A stretch of 61,476 nucleotides of DNA, filler included, from Platydemus manokwari (Eukaryota): assembly GCA_037951405.1 (NCBI GenBank). It is 6 parts of 6 records of this genome, joined end to end, with 100 filler letters (N's around TTAATTAATTAA, not from the genome) between each part and the next. Parts side by side here need not be neighbours in the genome. Positions count along the whole stretch, not along the records: positions 1 to 10,458 come from JBBMOY011132217.1; positions 10,559 to 22,093 come from JBBMOY010616659.1; 4 more parts are not named here. One strand, given 5' to 3'. The notes beneath the pieces were generated by a model, which did not search any database, was not told where the DNA came from, and was given only the letters and a program-made list of their open reading frames with translations. The position numbers and the translations under genes are program-made. The first letter of the stretch is position 1. Each line of letters starts with the position of its first letter. This document shows, piece by piece, positions 1 through 11,968 of the stretch.

Positions 1-69
<69 letters not shown>

Positions 70-75
70 TAATAA
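1..75. repeat. (TAA)n microsatellite at window start, within an intron of the SOGA-like gene
   Basis: About 22 perfect TAA units, then degenerate units. Confidence 0.97.
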
Positions 76-123
76 CAGCAACTGAAATAAACTGTGATAG
101 ATGTCTTTCAATATGTTAATTAC

Positions 124-2618
124 TTGTAAATCGAGTTTTATTTGATTGAGTTCTTCGATCTTTTGTTCTGATTCCAGCTTGGCTTTACTTAATTGACCCT
201 CAAGATCCGCGACTTTCAAACTGACATCTTGCAAGGATTTTCTCAAACTTGATATCACAGATTTTCTGTCTTCGTACTATGAGCAACGAAATAGAAAACA
301 AGTAGCAACAGTAATATTTTATTCTACTTCTTTCATTCGAGAAGACAGTGTAATTCTTTCAGTCATCCAGGCTTCTTGTTCCGCTTCGTATTGTTCCTTG
401 ATATTCTTATATTTCCTCTGGTATTCTAGCATATTATTTTGAATTGCTTCATTTTGTAATTTCAGTTCAATATTGATCCTATTCAATCTCGTCACATTAT
501 CAGTCAATAGATTGACTCTTGTCACATATTGTTGGTGTTGTATGGCTCTCATGTACGAATCGGAGTCACTCTGAAATCGTTACAAATATCTATCAACCAT
601 GGACTTCAATTAAAAAATAAACCTTTGCAGTATCGGAATCTCTTCGAGAAGCTGAAAACGATAATTTATCTTTGTTCAGAAGAGCTGTTAGATTTTCTTT
701 ATCTTTTTTCAATTGAGACAATTCCAGTTTCAGTTTGTCGACATCAACCGAACTTGTCGTAGATATTCGTGGTACTGGTGGTGGTTTGGACTTTTCTTTC
801 TCCAATTCCGTAATTCTTGATTTGAGCTTTTCATTATCTTTCTTTACAGAATGCAAATTGCCAGTGATATTGTCGTAACTGATTTGTAGTTCGTCCTGTT
901 TTGATTTCAGAGTTTCAAATTCAACTTCTTTCTTGGCCAAAAGAATTTGCGAATTTTTGATTATCTCTTGATTTTTCTCGATCTTTTCGTTTGCTTGAGT
1001 AATAAGCAAATCAAAGTCATTCAATTCCTTTTCACGGTTTTGAAGCCTTTGATTCATATGGGATATTAAATCGTCCTTTTCTCGAATTCTTTCGTCTCTT
1101 GTTCTCACCGAATCCGTTAATATTTTCTGTTGGTTTTCAGATTGTTTCAACTCGATTTCTTGTTCCTCGATTTTAATTTTGTAATCTAAAAATAATCAAA
1201 ACAATATTTAAAATCATAAAACATCTATTATTAACTCACTCTGAACGAACTTATTTAGATCTTCAATTTTTTTATTAAGATCCTCGATTCTTTTGACTTT
1301 TTCTTCCACATCTTTCGAAGAACTTGAGGATTCATTGTGATTTTTCAGGTTGCTCTGTGTTTCATCTAATAACCGCTTCACATTTTTAAGTTCATGATCT
1401 TTGGCGCGCATTTCATCGTCTTGTTCATAGATTTGTTCTTCTCTTACTTTCATTTCGGCTTGTAAATTTCTAATTTCTTTCGCCAATTTCTCGCGAATTT
1501 TCTCTGACTCGTTAATTTTGATTGCGTACTATAATATGCCGGTTTACTTAATAAGAAACGGGGTAAAGAAATTACGTACCTGATGAAGATCATTCTTCAA
1601 AGCTGAAATCTCTTTCTTGTAACTATTTATTTCAATCATCTGCTCTTTGCTCGAACTTACATCTTTAGACTTTATTGATTATCAACATTAAATCTCTACA
1701 GTGGCTCTAAAAATCTCTTACTTTGTGTGAACTGATAGTGACACCTTCATCTTGTTTATCCAACAAAGTTCTCAAAGCCTCATTCATCTTCCTTGTTTGA
1801 TCTAATCTAGTTTTCAAATCTTGAATTTGTTGTTCTTTTTCTTCGAGCATTTCGTTCTTTTCTTCCAACTGAAAAAATCTTCGTTTGAAAATTATTCCAC
1901 ATTATAATAAAACTCACATCGGTCTTCAACATTTCCAATTCTTTTTTCTTTAGTTGACTGTCTTCGTTCACTCTTGAATGAACACTGTCCTTTAATGCCA
2001 TTTCCACTTGTTTCTCTGCAATTCTTGTTCGCTTTCGTTCCTCAGATAATAGCTTCTCCAGACAATTAAACCGAAATTTTATTTTCTAAACATAACCATA
2101 AATACACTCGATATGAAACTCAAACACAAACTTCAGCATCATTTAAGTTTCCAGGAGCATCGATTTGATATCCACAATAATCACTGAAAACATCATCACT
2201 ACCAGCACTGAAAGCACTTATCTTGCTTTGACTTGGAGCTCTCATACTTGCTGCATTGTCGGTGTTTGTCGTGGTTGTTGTGGTGGTTGTACTGCTGCTC
2301 CTGTTGCTACTATCAACTGATTCATCGGGACTCACCATTCTATAATAAATAAGATGTCTGAATCACATTGAATAACCAAACCTATCAAATTGTTGCTGCA
2401 AATCATTAGCTCGTGTTTCCACACAGCTTAGAAGATCACTTAAAAGAGCATTTTTCGTCAGTAAATGTTCGATATATTGATTGAGTTCCTTTTCATTTTT
2501 TTCGTTATCCGAAATCATTTCTTCAATCAAATGATCTTTTTCGGAAATAGTTTTAGTCAGTTCTGCAATTTTGGAATCGGTTTTCTCGCACTTTGATGCC
2601 AGCTCATCTAGATGATAA

Positions 2619-2658
<40 letters not shown>

Positions 2659-5600
2659 GTATTAAACCTTAATATTTATATTATTATTGAATTACTTTTA
2701 TTATTATTATCATTATTATTGTGACAAAATTATTATATTTTTAATATTTTTTGTAAATTTTAGCGATGTCTAAATATTATTGTGATTATGGCGATATGTT
2801 TTTCTCATTTAGATGACAAGTTCCACGGGGTGAACTATCAAAATTATTATTTAAAGGTGTTGAAAAAGCAAGATCAAAAAATGGTACTCGAATAATTGGC
2901 AATTTTCATTCATCAATTATTAATCAACCCAGTGATGAGTTAACGGAACTACTTATGTGAAGCAAGTTCAAAAATCACAAGCAACTTTACCTGCAATAAT
3001 GAATGGAACAAATTGTGTACACGAGGTATCTATTGTGGACCCAACTTTGCAACCTACAACATCTCCTCCGCTTTAAAATCTAATGTGAAAGTGGGTGTAT
3101 TGTAGATAATAAAAATCCTTTTTAAGTAAAAAAGCAATAAAAGTATATTAATAATATTATCATTTTATAATAAAGTTGTATTATTATTTAATTATAGTTT
3201 ATTTTTATCGTATTACTTTTGTCATTATTATTAATTATAATTATAATTGTTTAATTATTATTATTATTATTATTATCATTATTATTATCTAATTCACCTA
3301 TTTCATCTTCAAGACAAATTATCTCTTCCAATAAAACCGATTTACTGGCACTTTCCAAGTCGGATTTGGCGTCCCCACGAGAAAACTTCATTGATTTCAA
3401 ATCTATTTTGTAGTTTTTATCATAAAAATCTTTATATTTAGCACTCTCTTCTTTCAAGCTATCAATTTGATTGTTCATATGCAATATTTGCTTCTCCATT
3501 ACTTTACTGTTAGCTGCAATCTCATTGTATTTTGTCAAATAATCCAACTGTCTTTTATCTGCCAAATGAGAACCATATTGCTGTTCGATTTGAGAAATCA
3601 CATTTTTGATTTGTTTGTCGTATTGTTTGATCTGGTCCTTCAATCGACTGCATTCTGCCTTGAGATCTTGAATTTGGACATTCTGAATAAAATCTGTAGT
3701 CGTTTCCACTGGATACTGAGTTTGAGGTTGTTTCGATTTCGATCCGGAACCGCTTTGTTGGAGGCTATTCAACAATGTCAATCGACGATTTTCTTTTTCC
3801 AATCTTTCCACATCGCCATGAAGATCGGCTATTTTCGAGTTCAATAATTTGTATTTGTCATCTTTCGAAGTGTCATCAGATTTTTCGACGCCTTAATATT
3901 GAACAGATATGGAATAAATATCCGGATATGTTGTTTATTATTATGAGATTAATTCTATAAAGATGACTTGACTATTAGTTTGTGACTTTTACAAAGTAAT
4001 ACCTAATAAAATATTCGCTATTGTTAAATTTGATATAATATTGTATGTTATATAACATATTATTATAATGGCTTGCTGAATGAACTGCTGACCATCCCAA
4101 CGAGTGGTTGACTAATCAAACAGTATCGGTGTAGTATCGGATAAGTCTTTGAGTTCACTATTTAATAAATAATTTATTGGTCATTTGTTAACCGCCATTA
4201 TTTCATTGAAATTCAATTTTAACTTCCACGTGGCTTTTCTATTTTTAAAAGATCGACATAATTGGTTTGAAGATAAACACTCAAAATATAATTCGAACAG
4301 ATTTGTTATAAAATAACAACATGGTTCATGATGAGCATAATGAATTTGAATTTTCAACGGCGAAAATGTTCAAATTATTGAGGGGGCGTAAATCCCCTTA
4401 TTATAAATCCTATTATTGAATTTCTATAATACTGACACAACCTTTACATTTAGCGTTTCTAAAACACATTAGAAACAGTCTTTTGTTTTTGCCTTTAAGA
4501 ACCTTGTTCATTCATTCTCACTGAAATTATAATTTCGAAATACATTCCCTCTTTATTTTTTCCCTTAAGGAATAAAAAAATGACCAATTACGATTTGTTA
4601 ATAGTAAAAATGAATATTTTTATGACAATGATTTAAATTTTAAATATTCGAGATCTGAGAAAAGAAAATACTCATGCTTTCGAAAAACATAGACATATAA
4701 AAACAATCGCCAACATAAATTTATTATGAATTATAAATTTCATTACCTGAACTTGATTTAGTTTTCAGCTGCCTCATGTCATTGAATAAATTGATGTTTT
4801 CTTTTTCCATTGATACGAATTTCTTTCTCAGTGTACTATTTTGTTGCTCTAATAATTCAATTTGGATTTTCAAAGCCTGAACTGATGCATTGTCATCGAA
4901 ATCGTTGTCTTCAATGTTCTATGAGAGGAAATGAAATAGTGTCTATCAACAATCCGTCATCATTACCGTTGATTTCATTATAGCTTCTAATTTTTTCGTC
5001 AGTGAATCATTTTCTTCCTCAATATCGTTGAATCGTCGCTTCAATTTTCGAATGTCGTCTTCGGCAAATTTAAGTTGTTCAGTCAGATCGGTTTCTCTTT
5101 CTTTCGCTGCATCAAGCTCCCGTTGAAGACTCTGCTCTTCAAAGCTAGGCTCTCTACTCAGAGATTCTATATTTCTAGTTTTTCTCTGAAAAATATAATT
5201 TGAAAAATAAAGATAAATTATTCACTTTGGCAGTAGCATCAGGAAGTTGAAGAGCACCTGTCGAGTCCAATGATTTGAGCTTTTCAATCTTAAATTTGGT
5301 AAAATGAACATAATATACACCGAAAAACATTTACTTCTAGTCGGCATTTTGATAATTCAGATTCCAGACTCCTCCGCCGGGTTTCTGAATCTTTTAATTC
5401 TTCTTTTAAATGCTTATTATCTTCTTCGAAATAAGATCGCTTCTCATCTACCAGTTCCAATTCACTATTCAAACGAACTGAAACCTCTTTTGCTACTCGC
5501 AACTCTTCCTGAACAAATGAAAAGTACATTATTTAATCATCCATCAAGATAATTAAAGTACCTCCAAACCCCGAATAAGATTCACATCATTTTCACTGTA

Positions 5601-8600
5601 CAATTGGGCTTCCAATCTGTTGAGTTTCTCTTCCAACACGGATCTTTCGTTTTCGCATTGTTCATATCTTCTTTCGGTTTTTCGTAATTTGAATTGAAAT
5701 ATTCTGCAATTTTTATTCGAAGTTTCAAGATCTCTTTTCAGCTCTCTCAGAGTGTCAGTATCGTCTTCCTTAATGTAATTTCAAGATTTAAAACTTATTT
5801 ACTAATAAATTGTCTATACTGAAGTGAATTATTTCCAATACAAGTATTAGCAATACAACTTAATATCTATTGTATTTTTAATAAGTAATAATTTGATAAT
5901 CATTTATAATTATCGTTAATATTATATTAAACCTTAGATATCTCCATGATCTCATATCATATTATATATAATATTTAATTAAAATAAAAATTCGAAAATG
6001 GTTTTAATCAAATTGCTTAAAGATAAGATTCATTAACGCTCATCTCTTAATTTATTGAATTATTGTTTGACATAATTTTTTTTCATTTACTCCAATGTCT
6101 GAGATTGATAAATATAGGACAAGATTTTTACATTGATATTTGAAAATTAAATTATTAGTATTGACAGTGTTAATCATGTGATGAAAAATAAATGATCGAA
6201 AATTCACGATGGCCCTTATCGATGTAAAATGCTCCATGGACGAAGCTGCATTAAGGACTGAAACAACTCAAAGGAATATAGAAAAAATCCTCAGAAAAAT
6301 ACTACGAAATGCAGTCAAAAGCGGTCCGACTGGACTTTGGAACTTTTCACTTTTGTTGTAGAGGTTTTCGGAACTTGGCAAATACAAAAAACAATACAGT
6401 CCTAAAGAAATCAAGGATGGATAAGAAAATCATAAACAGAATAGCTATAGCTTGCATGAAGTCGAATATTAATGTGTACTATCTGCATTGAAGGTTCCAC
6501 ACAAGAAAGAAGACAACAACAAAGGTAGCTTTAAAAGTAGAGGAAAAGAATAGTACAGACAATGGCGATTGGAAGGCGAAGACAGGATTGATTGAAACAT
6601 TGAATTGATGGTATGATAGCACTAGCGAAATATGATTCATAGAACGATGGAAGGAAAGAACCGTGTACATCCCATATTTTAATGAATGGGGATCTCGATT
6701 ATCAATATTTATGATTAATATTTTTTAGATGTGATATTTATCAACGCTCATCTCTTAATTTATTGAATTATTGTTTGACATAATTTTGTTTCATTTTTCT
6801 GCAATGTCTGGGATGGAACAAGTTTTTTACATTGATATTTAAAAACTGAATTATTGGTATTGACAGTGTTAATTATGTGATGAAAAATATTTTCCAAAAA
6901 TATTCTCCATCTAGTCGATTATTATGACTAATAATATTGATTAACATGAATATTTCACCTGTCTGTATTTTCGTCTGTAGGAAGTCGAACTAAAATTTAT
7001 CAATTTTTAATGATATTTGCTAACAAATCCCTAATACATGTTTGTCAATATTTTCCAGGATGTCGATGATATAAATTAGTCAGCATTCAAAATAAAATTA
7101 TTATTTTTTTAATCCAAATATATACTATCGGCTTGTCCGCCTTATTTTAATCGAAATCTTTTCAAAAAAATCTTTAAATCCCGAAAAAAAATTAAAAATA
7201 TGATTTGTTATTTTAATTTTGAATATTTTTTTCTAGAGATAACTGCCGGTGAAGACATATCAAGTTATTCTGTTATATCAAAGATCTTTACTCGATATAT
7301 AATATAATCAAATAAAGATTTATTTCGATAATTTTAATTTATTTTCACTTTTCTGTGGAGGAGAATCGAACCTCGTGTAAATATTTATGGCTACTGATGA
7401 CATTATTCGATTATAATTTACATGATCTCCCAACTACATTGTTTGAGTGAAATTTTAACTACATCAATCAAAACTTTAGAAATTAATTGATTTGAATTAT
7501 AAAATGGAATCTTTCAATATTTATTTGAAATATGACCGTATTTTGGAGATATTCTACGATTTTATTCAGAAAAAATTAATCCAAAAAACGCTTTCATATC
7601 CTTAGATGACATTTGACAGCCAATAATTCTTTCGGTTTCATTATAATTGAAAAATATTCGAGTTATCAATCGCTACGATTGAAATATTGTTTTATCCACC
7701 GTATGAGCTTTGTTAATCATTTGTCAAACCCTCTCATTTTAACCCAATGGAATTCAAAAAAATTACTGAATTTAATTGTAATTGGTGCCAGAAGAACTCA
7801 AATCAATAACCGATAAGTTGCCGAATGGAAATAGATTTTCAGAGGATGGTGATCTCATTTTATTTCCCAATGTCTCAATATTACTTATGATGTACTCAAG
7901 TTGATAACGGGTATAACCATTCAGTATTTATATCACTGATGTACATTGTAATGATGAAGAAGGTAAAAATTTTAAATATCAAAGAAAAAAGTTCAATTTA
8001 ATGAAAAAATTAATATTTTCTATGTCAAACAAACGTAAAAGTGTACCAAATTAAAATTAATACCTACTCAACAAATCAAAATGAGAAAATTATAACGAAA
8101 ATATTTAAAAGATTCACTGCAAAACAAGGAATTGAAGAACAGTATAAAATATAACAGTATGACTTAACAATTCTATGAATGATTACATAACGCAATGGAC
8201 CAATCCATGACACTTTCATATATATATTTAAATCCTTTCTTTTTACTGAAGTACGTTGTCTCATGAAAACATATGGGGTGCTAAAACAATATTTATTTAT
8301 GAATTTTATCGTGTACAGCCATTGCATTTCACGACATAACATGTCATTCACAACCCAACTACTATTGATTTCATATCATAATGAATGATCTTATCGATCA
8401 AATGAGAAATAATCAATAACTTCACTTTTTAATCAATAAATTCATATACATGATACCTGGAAATGGTCGTGCATTTCTTCGATTTCCCTTTGCATTTCCT
8501 CTTGATCTTCTTTCAACATATCATTTTCTTCCATAACATCTTGGCAAAGTTGTTCGATCTCCTCCATCCTTATTCGAAGCTGTTCATTTTCTGTTAAGAT

Positions 8601-9520
8601 CTCTTGATGCTTGACATTCATGGCTTCGTTGACATCTATAGTGGCTTGATCGCTTTCGGGCAATTTCAGTCTTTCTCTGTTCGGATAAGATAATAATAAG
8701 CAATTTTAAATATAAATTTAAATTATCCACACGTTACCCCACGTTACATAATAAATTGAACTAAGTATTACGTCATATAAATAAATAAATCCACTACACA
8801 CATTATTTTATCAATAGTCTAATCCCACCTGTAATTATGAACTTCTTCGTCTAAATGCTGGATTCGTCTTTCAAAGTGTACAATTTTATTTTTATAAGCC
8901 TCGATATCTTCCAATAAGTCTTCATTGGATTGATTTTTCTCAATTAATTCCTTCTCCAATTCGGATTTCTCTTTGGAGATTTCATCATACTTATCTTCCA
9001 GATCGAAGAAATCATTTTCCAATTCCTCTACATATTTCGTATCGATACTTGAAGTCGAATTCTGTCGATTAGTCGAAAATGAACCAGAATGTCTCGTCAC
9101 ACTTGACGATGGACTGGAAGCCGGACTTCTACGTCCAGTATTGGATCCCATAGTTCTTTTACTTTCTCTTGGTGATGGTGTTTTCTGCTTAAATTCGTCA
9201 GATTTTGGGCGTCGACGAGTATTTGGTGAGGTTTCTCCCTTTCTCAAAACTGGATCTTTGGATATACCACTGATTGTGGAAGATTGAGAAGTACTGCTAT
9301 TCATGGATTTCGTTCCCAACAAAGGACTTGTCCTGGGACTCATACCTTTTCCATTGTTGCCAGTATTAGATGATGGTTCAGTTGGATGATCCGGTAGAGA
9401 TCGAAAACAATTTTTACAAACAGTTCTTCGCCATTGTTGTGGTTCAAAGGTATAACATTCCTTTTTCTTGGCCACCAAAGTTCCAGTGGAATCACGCGAT
9501 CTATTATTATTGGATGTCAT
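124..9520 (-). CDS. SOGA/MTCL-family long coiled-coil protein, about 17 exons visible, 3' end runs off the window
   Basis: Phase-consistent GT-AG exons, approx.: 8829-9520, 8457-8676, 5562-5768, 5335-5508, 5226-5288, 4967-5185, 4747-4918, 3297-3891, 2382-2607, 2131-2339, 1918-2085, 1722-1868, 1580-1669, 1241-1528, 623-1185, 329-570, 124-277. The motifs EMHDHFQ|EDDTDTLRELKRDLETSNKNCRIFQFKLRKTERR and RELDAAKERETDLTEQLKFAEDD resemble the SOGA signatures ([35 protein letters not shown]). The ATG at 9520 is the likely start. Confidence 0.8.
2620..2660. repeat. (TTA)n intronic microsatellite
   Basis: Direct tandem TTA units. Confidence 0.9.
6035..6889. repeat. Pair of ~150-bp direct repeats (6035-6190 and 6743-6889)
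   Basis: Both start AACGCTCATCTCTTAATTTATTGAATTATTGTTTGACATAATTTT and end GTGATGAAAAATA, with scattered substitutions and one ~8-nt indel. Confidence 0.92.
6191..6742 (+). mobile_element. 5'-truncated 3' end of an RLE-type non-LTR retrotransposon (NeSL/R5/R2-like), frameshifted
   Basis: ALIDVKCSMDEAALRTETTQRNIEK, then after a frameshift VRLDFGTFHFCCRGFRNL...NTVLKKS...RIAIACMKSNINVYYLH*. This matches the C-terminal restriction-like endonuclease pattern (IDV...K..KY ... F..G.RG.W...N..L ... IY..H*). A ~250-nt putative 3' UTR follows. Confidence 0.6.
7230..7800 (+). mobile_element. Possible degraded Polinton/Maverick packaging ATPase (A32-like)
   Basis: Broken motifs in the expected order: degenerate Walker A (LPVKTY), FDNFNLFS, Walker B-like NAFISLDDI, LLIICQT. 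Many stops and frameshifts. Confidence 0.3.
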
Positions 9521-10458
9521 GAGAATGTTACTTGTTCGATGATTGGCAAGCAATTCTAATCAGCATTAATAGAAATGACCGAGAACTACACAAAATAGTA
9601 ATTTTACAAAATAATAATTTTACAAGGAATGCCTGCGTTTTCAAATTTTTCGTTCCAAAAATAAAAAATTCTTCAACGCCAATTCTGAACTTTCAATTTG
9701 AAATTGAATCGAAAAAATATTAATTGTTATTCTTGATGAACAAGAATATTGCTAGAAACTGACCTAATCAAACGAAAACTAAATACGAAGAAATTATAAC
9801 TGTTGTTCGCCTACCGAAATCATTTAATGGTGGATCTGGTGAGAGTTTTGATCGATTTATCATGTTCATTATGACAACTTGGTGTTTACCGTATGCTACA
9901 TTGCCAATTTGTGCCAGTGTTTGTGTGCATACTAATGTGTGTGCGAGTGTGTAGACTTGAAGGTGTGTACGGCAACTGGGAACGGTATATTAATGTACTA
10001 CATTTGATGAGTAACAGGATCTTATATATAATAGTCGATCAGAACAGAACAGAATATTTGCACTTCTATGGACTGGGAGTATTGCAATTCATTTTGATGA
10101 ATGAGGTCAATGTTCATGCTGATCAATTTATGTGTTTTGTCATGTATTCTCCATTGGATTCACTTATTTAAATCGAAACAATTTTAATTTTGTCAACCAA
10201 AATTCTATTGGATGGCTTACTCTTATTTCAATGAAACGAAATTTCTTTTTTTCGGACGATAAATTTTGTTTTTGAAAAACAACAAAATCGATTATTTTTC
10301 TACAAGGTATCAATTTCGAAATTTGACATTGAAAATGTAATTTTATAAACTAATTAAAATGGATGATGTTTCAATTCATCTGCAGATGATAATAATTATT
10401 ATAATAACATAAATAATTATAACTTAAATAGTATAAATATACCCTGAGTAGAAATTAT

Positions 10459-10558
10459 NNNNNNNNNNNNNNNNNNNNNNNNNNNNNNNNNNNNNNNNNN
10501 NNTTAATTAATTAANNNNNNNNNNNNNNNNNNNNNNNNNNNNNNNNNNNNNNNNNNNN
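10459..10558. other. Assembly spacer 44N-TTAATTAATTAA-44N
   Basis: The 12-mer has stops in all six frames; the identical structure occurs five times. Confidence 0.97.
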
Positions 10559-11968
10559 TTATATAGAAAAAAGAATAATAAAAAATCTATAATGAAATTA
10601 CAATCGGGTTAAATATCTTGTCGACCAGTATATATTCTATGTTTCAATTAGGGTATACAAGGAACAAAATCAAAATAAAGTCGTCCATTACGAAATAGTC
10701 ATTACTATTTATCGAATTCATTTATTTCATTAACCGAATCCTAAAAACTACTTTATTACATTACGAAAAACAATCTCGATCAACAATCCATAGAGTTTAT
10801 ATTAAGTGAGAATCAAACAATTCACTATTGTTTAACGAAGAATTGTTATTGGTTGTGACTGTTCATATTCGTCTAAAGAAATTTTTTTCTTGAAGTTTAA
10901 TTGTGATTACTCACAACCATCCAAAAAAGAATTTAGTATTCAATCCTGAATTCTATTTATCGAGTAATTCCAACTATTATAAGAATTAAGATTAATATTC
11001 CTTCCATTATAAAAGTTGTAGTTTGAATCCTATACAACTAGAACCTAATTAAAAATTAAAATCTTAAAACTAACAAAAGAAATCTATAAATAATAATGGC
11101 TACGGTGACATTTTACCTATTCACCGAAAAAATCTAGTGATGACTCTTACTGACAAGAGTCTTTTAAACAGATAAAGTTCTATCATAATAGAGCTTTACA
11201 AAAAATTGATAAATAAATTATAATCCTAAATTGGTGATTTCTCCAAACCATTAATTATTCTAATTATAACCTCGTATTTAGTTAAAAATATACATACACC
11301 TTTTGGAGTCAGGTGTGCAAATTAAATATTATTCGTAAAATAATTTAGAACTCAATTCATCAACTAATTGGGTATCAATAATCACTTAATAAAAGTCTGT
11401 ATTACCTTTTGTTGAGTAGATGTTATAATATGATATTATGCAGCTCAACAGTGTGTTCTAGTATGTATGTAAAAATTTGTTTTTGGTTTAAAATTCAAGA
11501 AAACATCCAAATAATTTTAGCTTCAAGGTTGATTGTCATTATCGAGTGATTTACTTGGTTTTTTATCACAGTTGAAGTATTTGACTATTTAATGTAGTAT
11601 TGTGAGTAAATTTAGTTTCATATGACTTTAACTTTTTCATGCAATCTCAGTAAAAATATTTTTAAATTGTCGCTTTTGATTGTTATTAGTTCGTATTTTT
11701 AAAAATTATTTTTCAAAAGTTAGTAAATTAAGTTTTGTAATTTCCAGGTACAAGAGGAACTTTAAAGTATCGATTAATCGATGTCCTGCTATGCTCACAT
11801 ATGTAAATCATTAGTTTCGCATGTTTCAGTACAAACGATAACGATTTGTAAAAGGTTTTCAATTTTAAGTTTAACAAATTAAAACAATTATTTAAAATGA
11901 AAATAATTTGTTTAAATTTAGTCCAAAAATTTCCATTTTATTTGTTGAGTTTTAATCCTAGTCTTAAA

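Noticed and set aside
7360-7378. B-box-like GGTTCGATTC on the minus strand (possible tRNA or SINE)
   Set aside because: No A-box or cloverleaf upstream.
529-9287. Plus-strand ORFs 529-762, 3467-3847, 5304-5552 and 8973-9287
   Set aside because: Antisense shadows of SOGA-like exons.
10503-10514. Palindromic TTAATTAATTAA recurring about every 10 kb
   Set aside because: Always centred in 44+44 Ns; it is an artificial stop linker, not a biological repeat.
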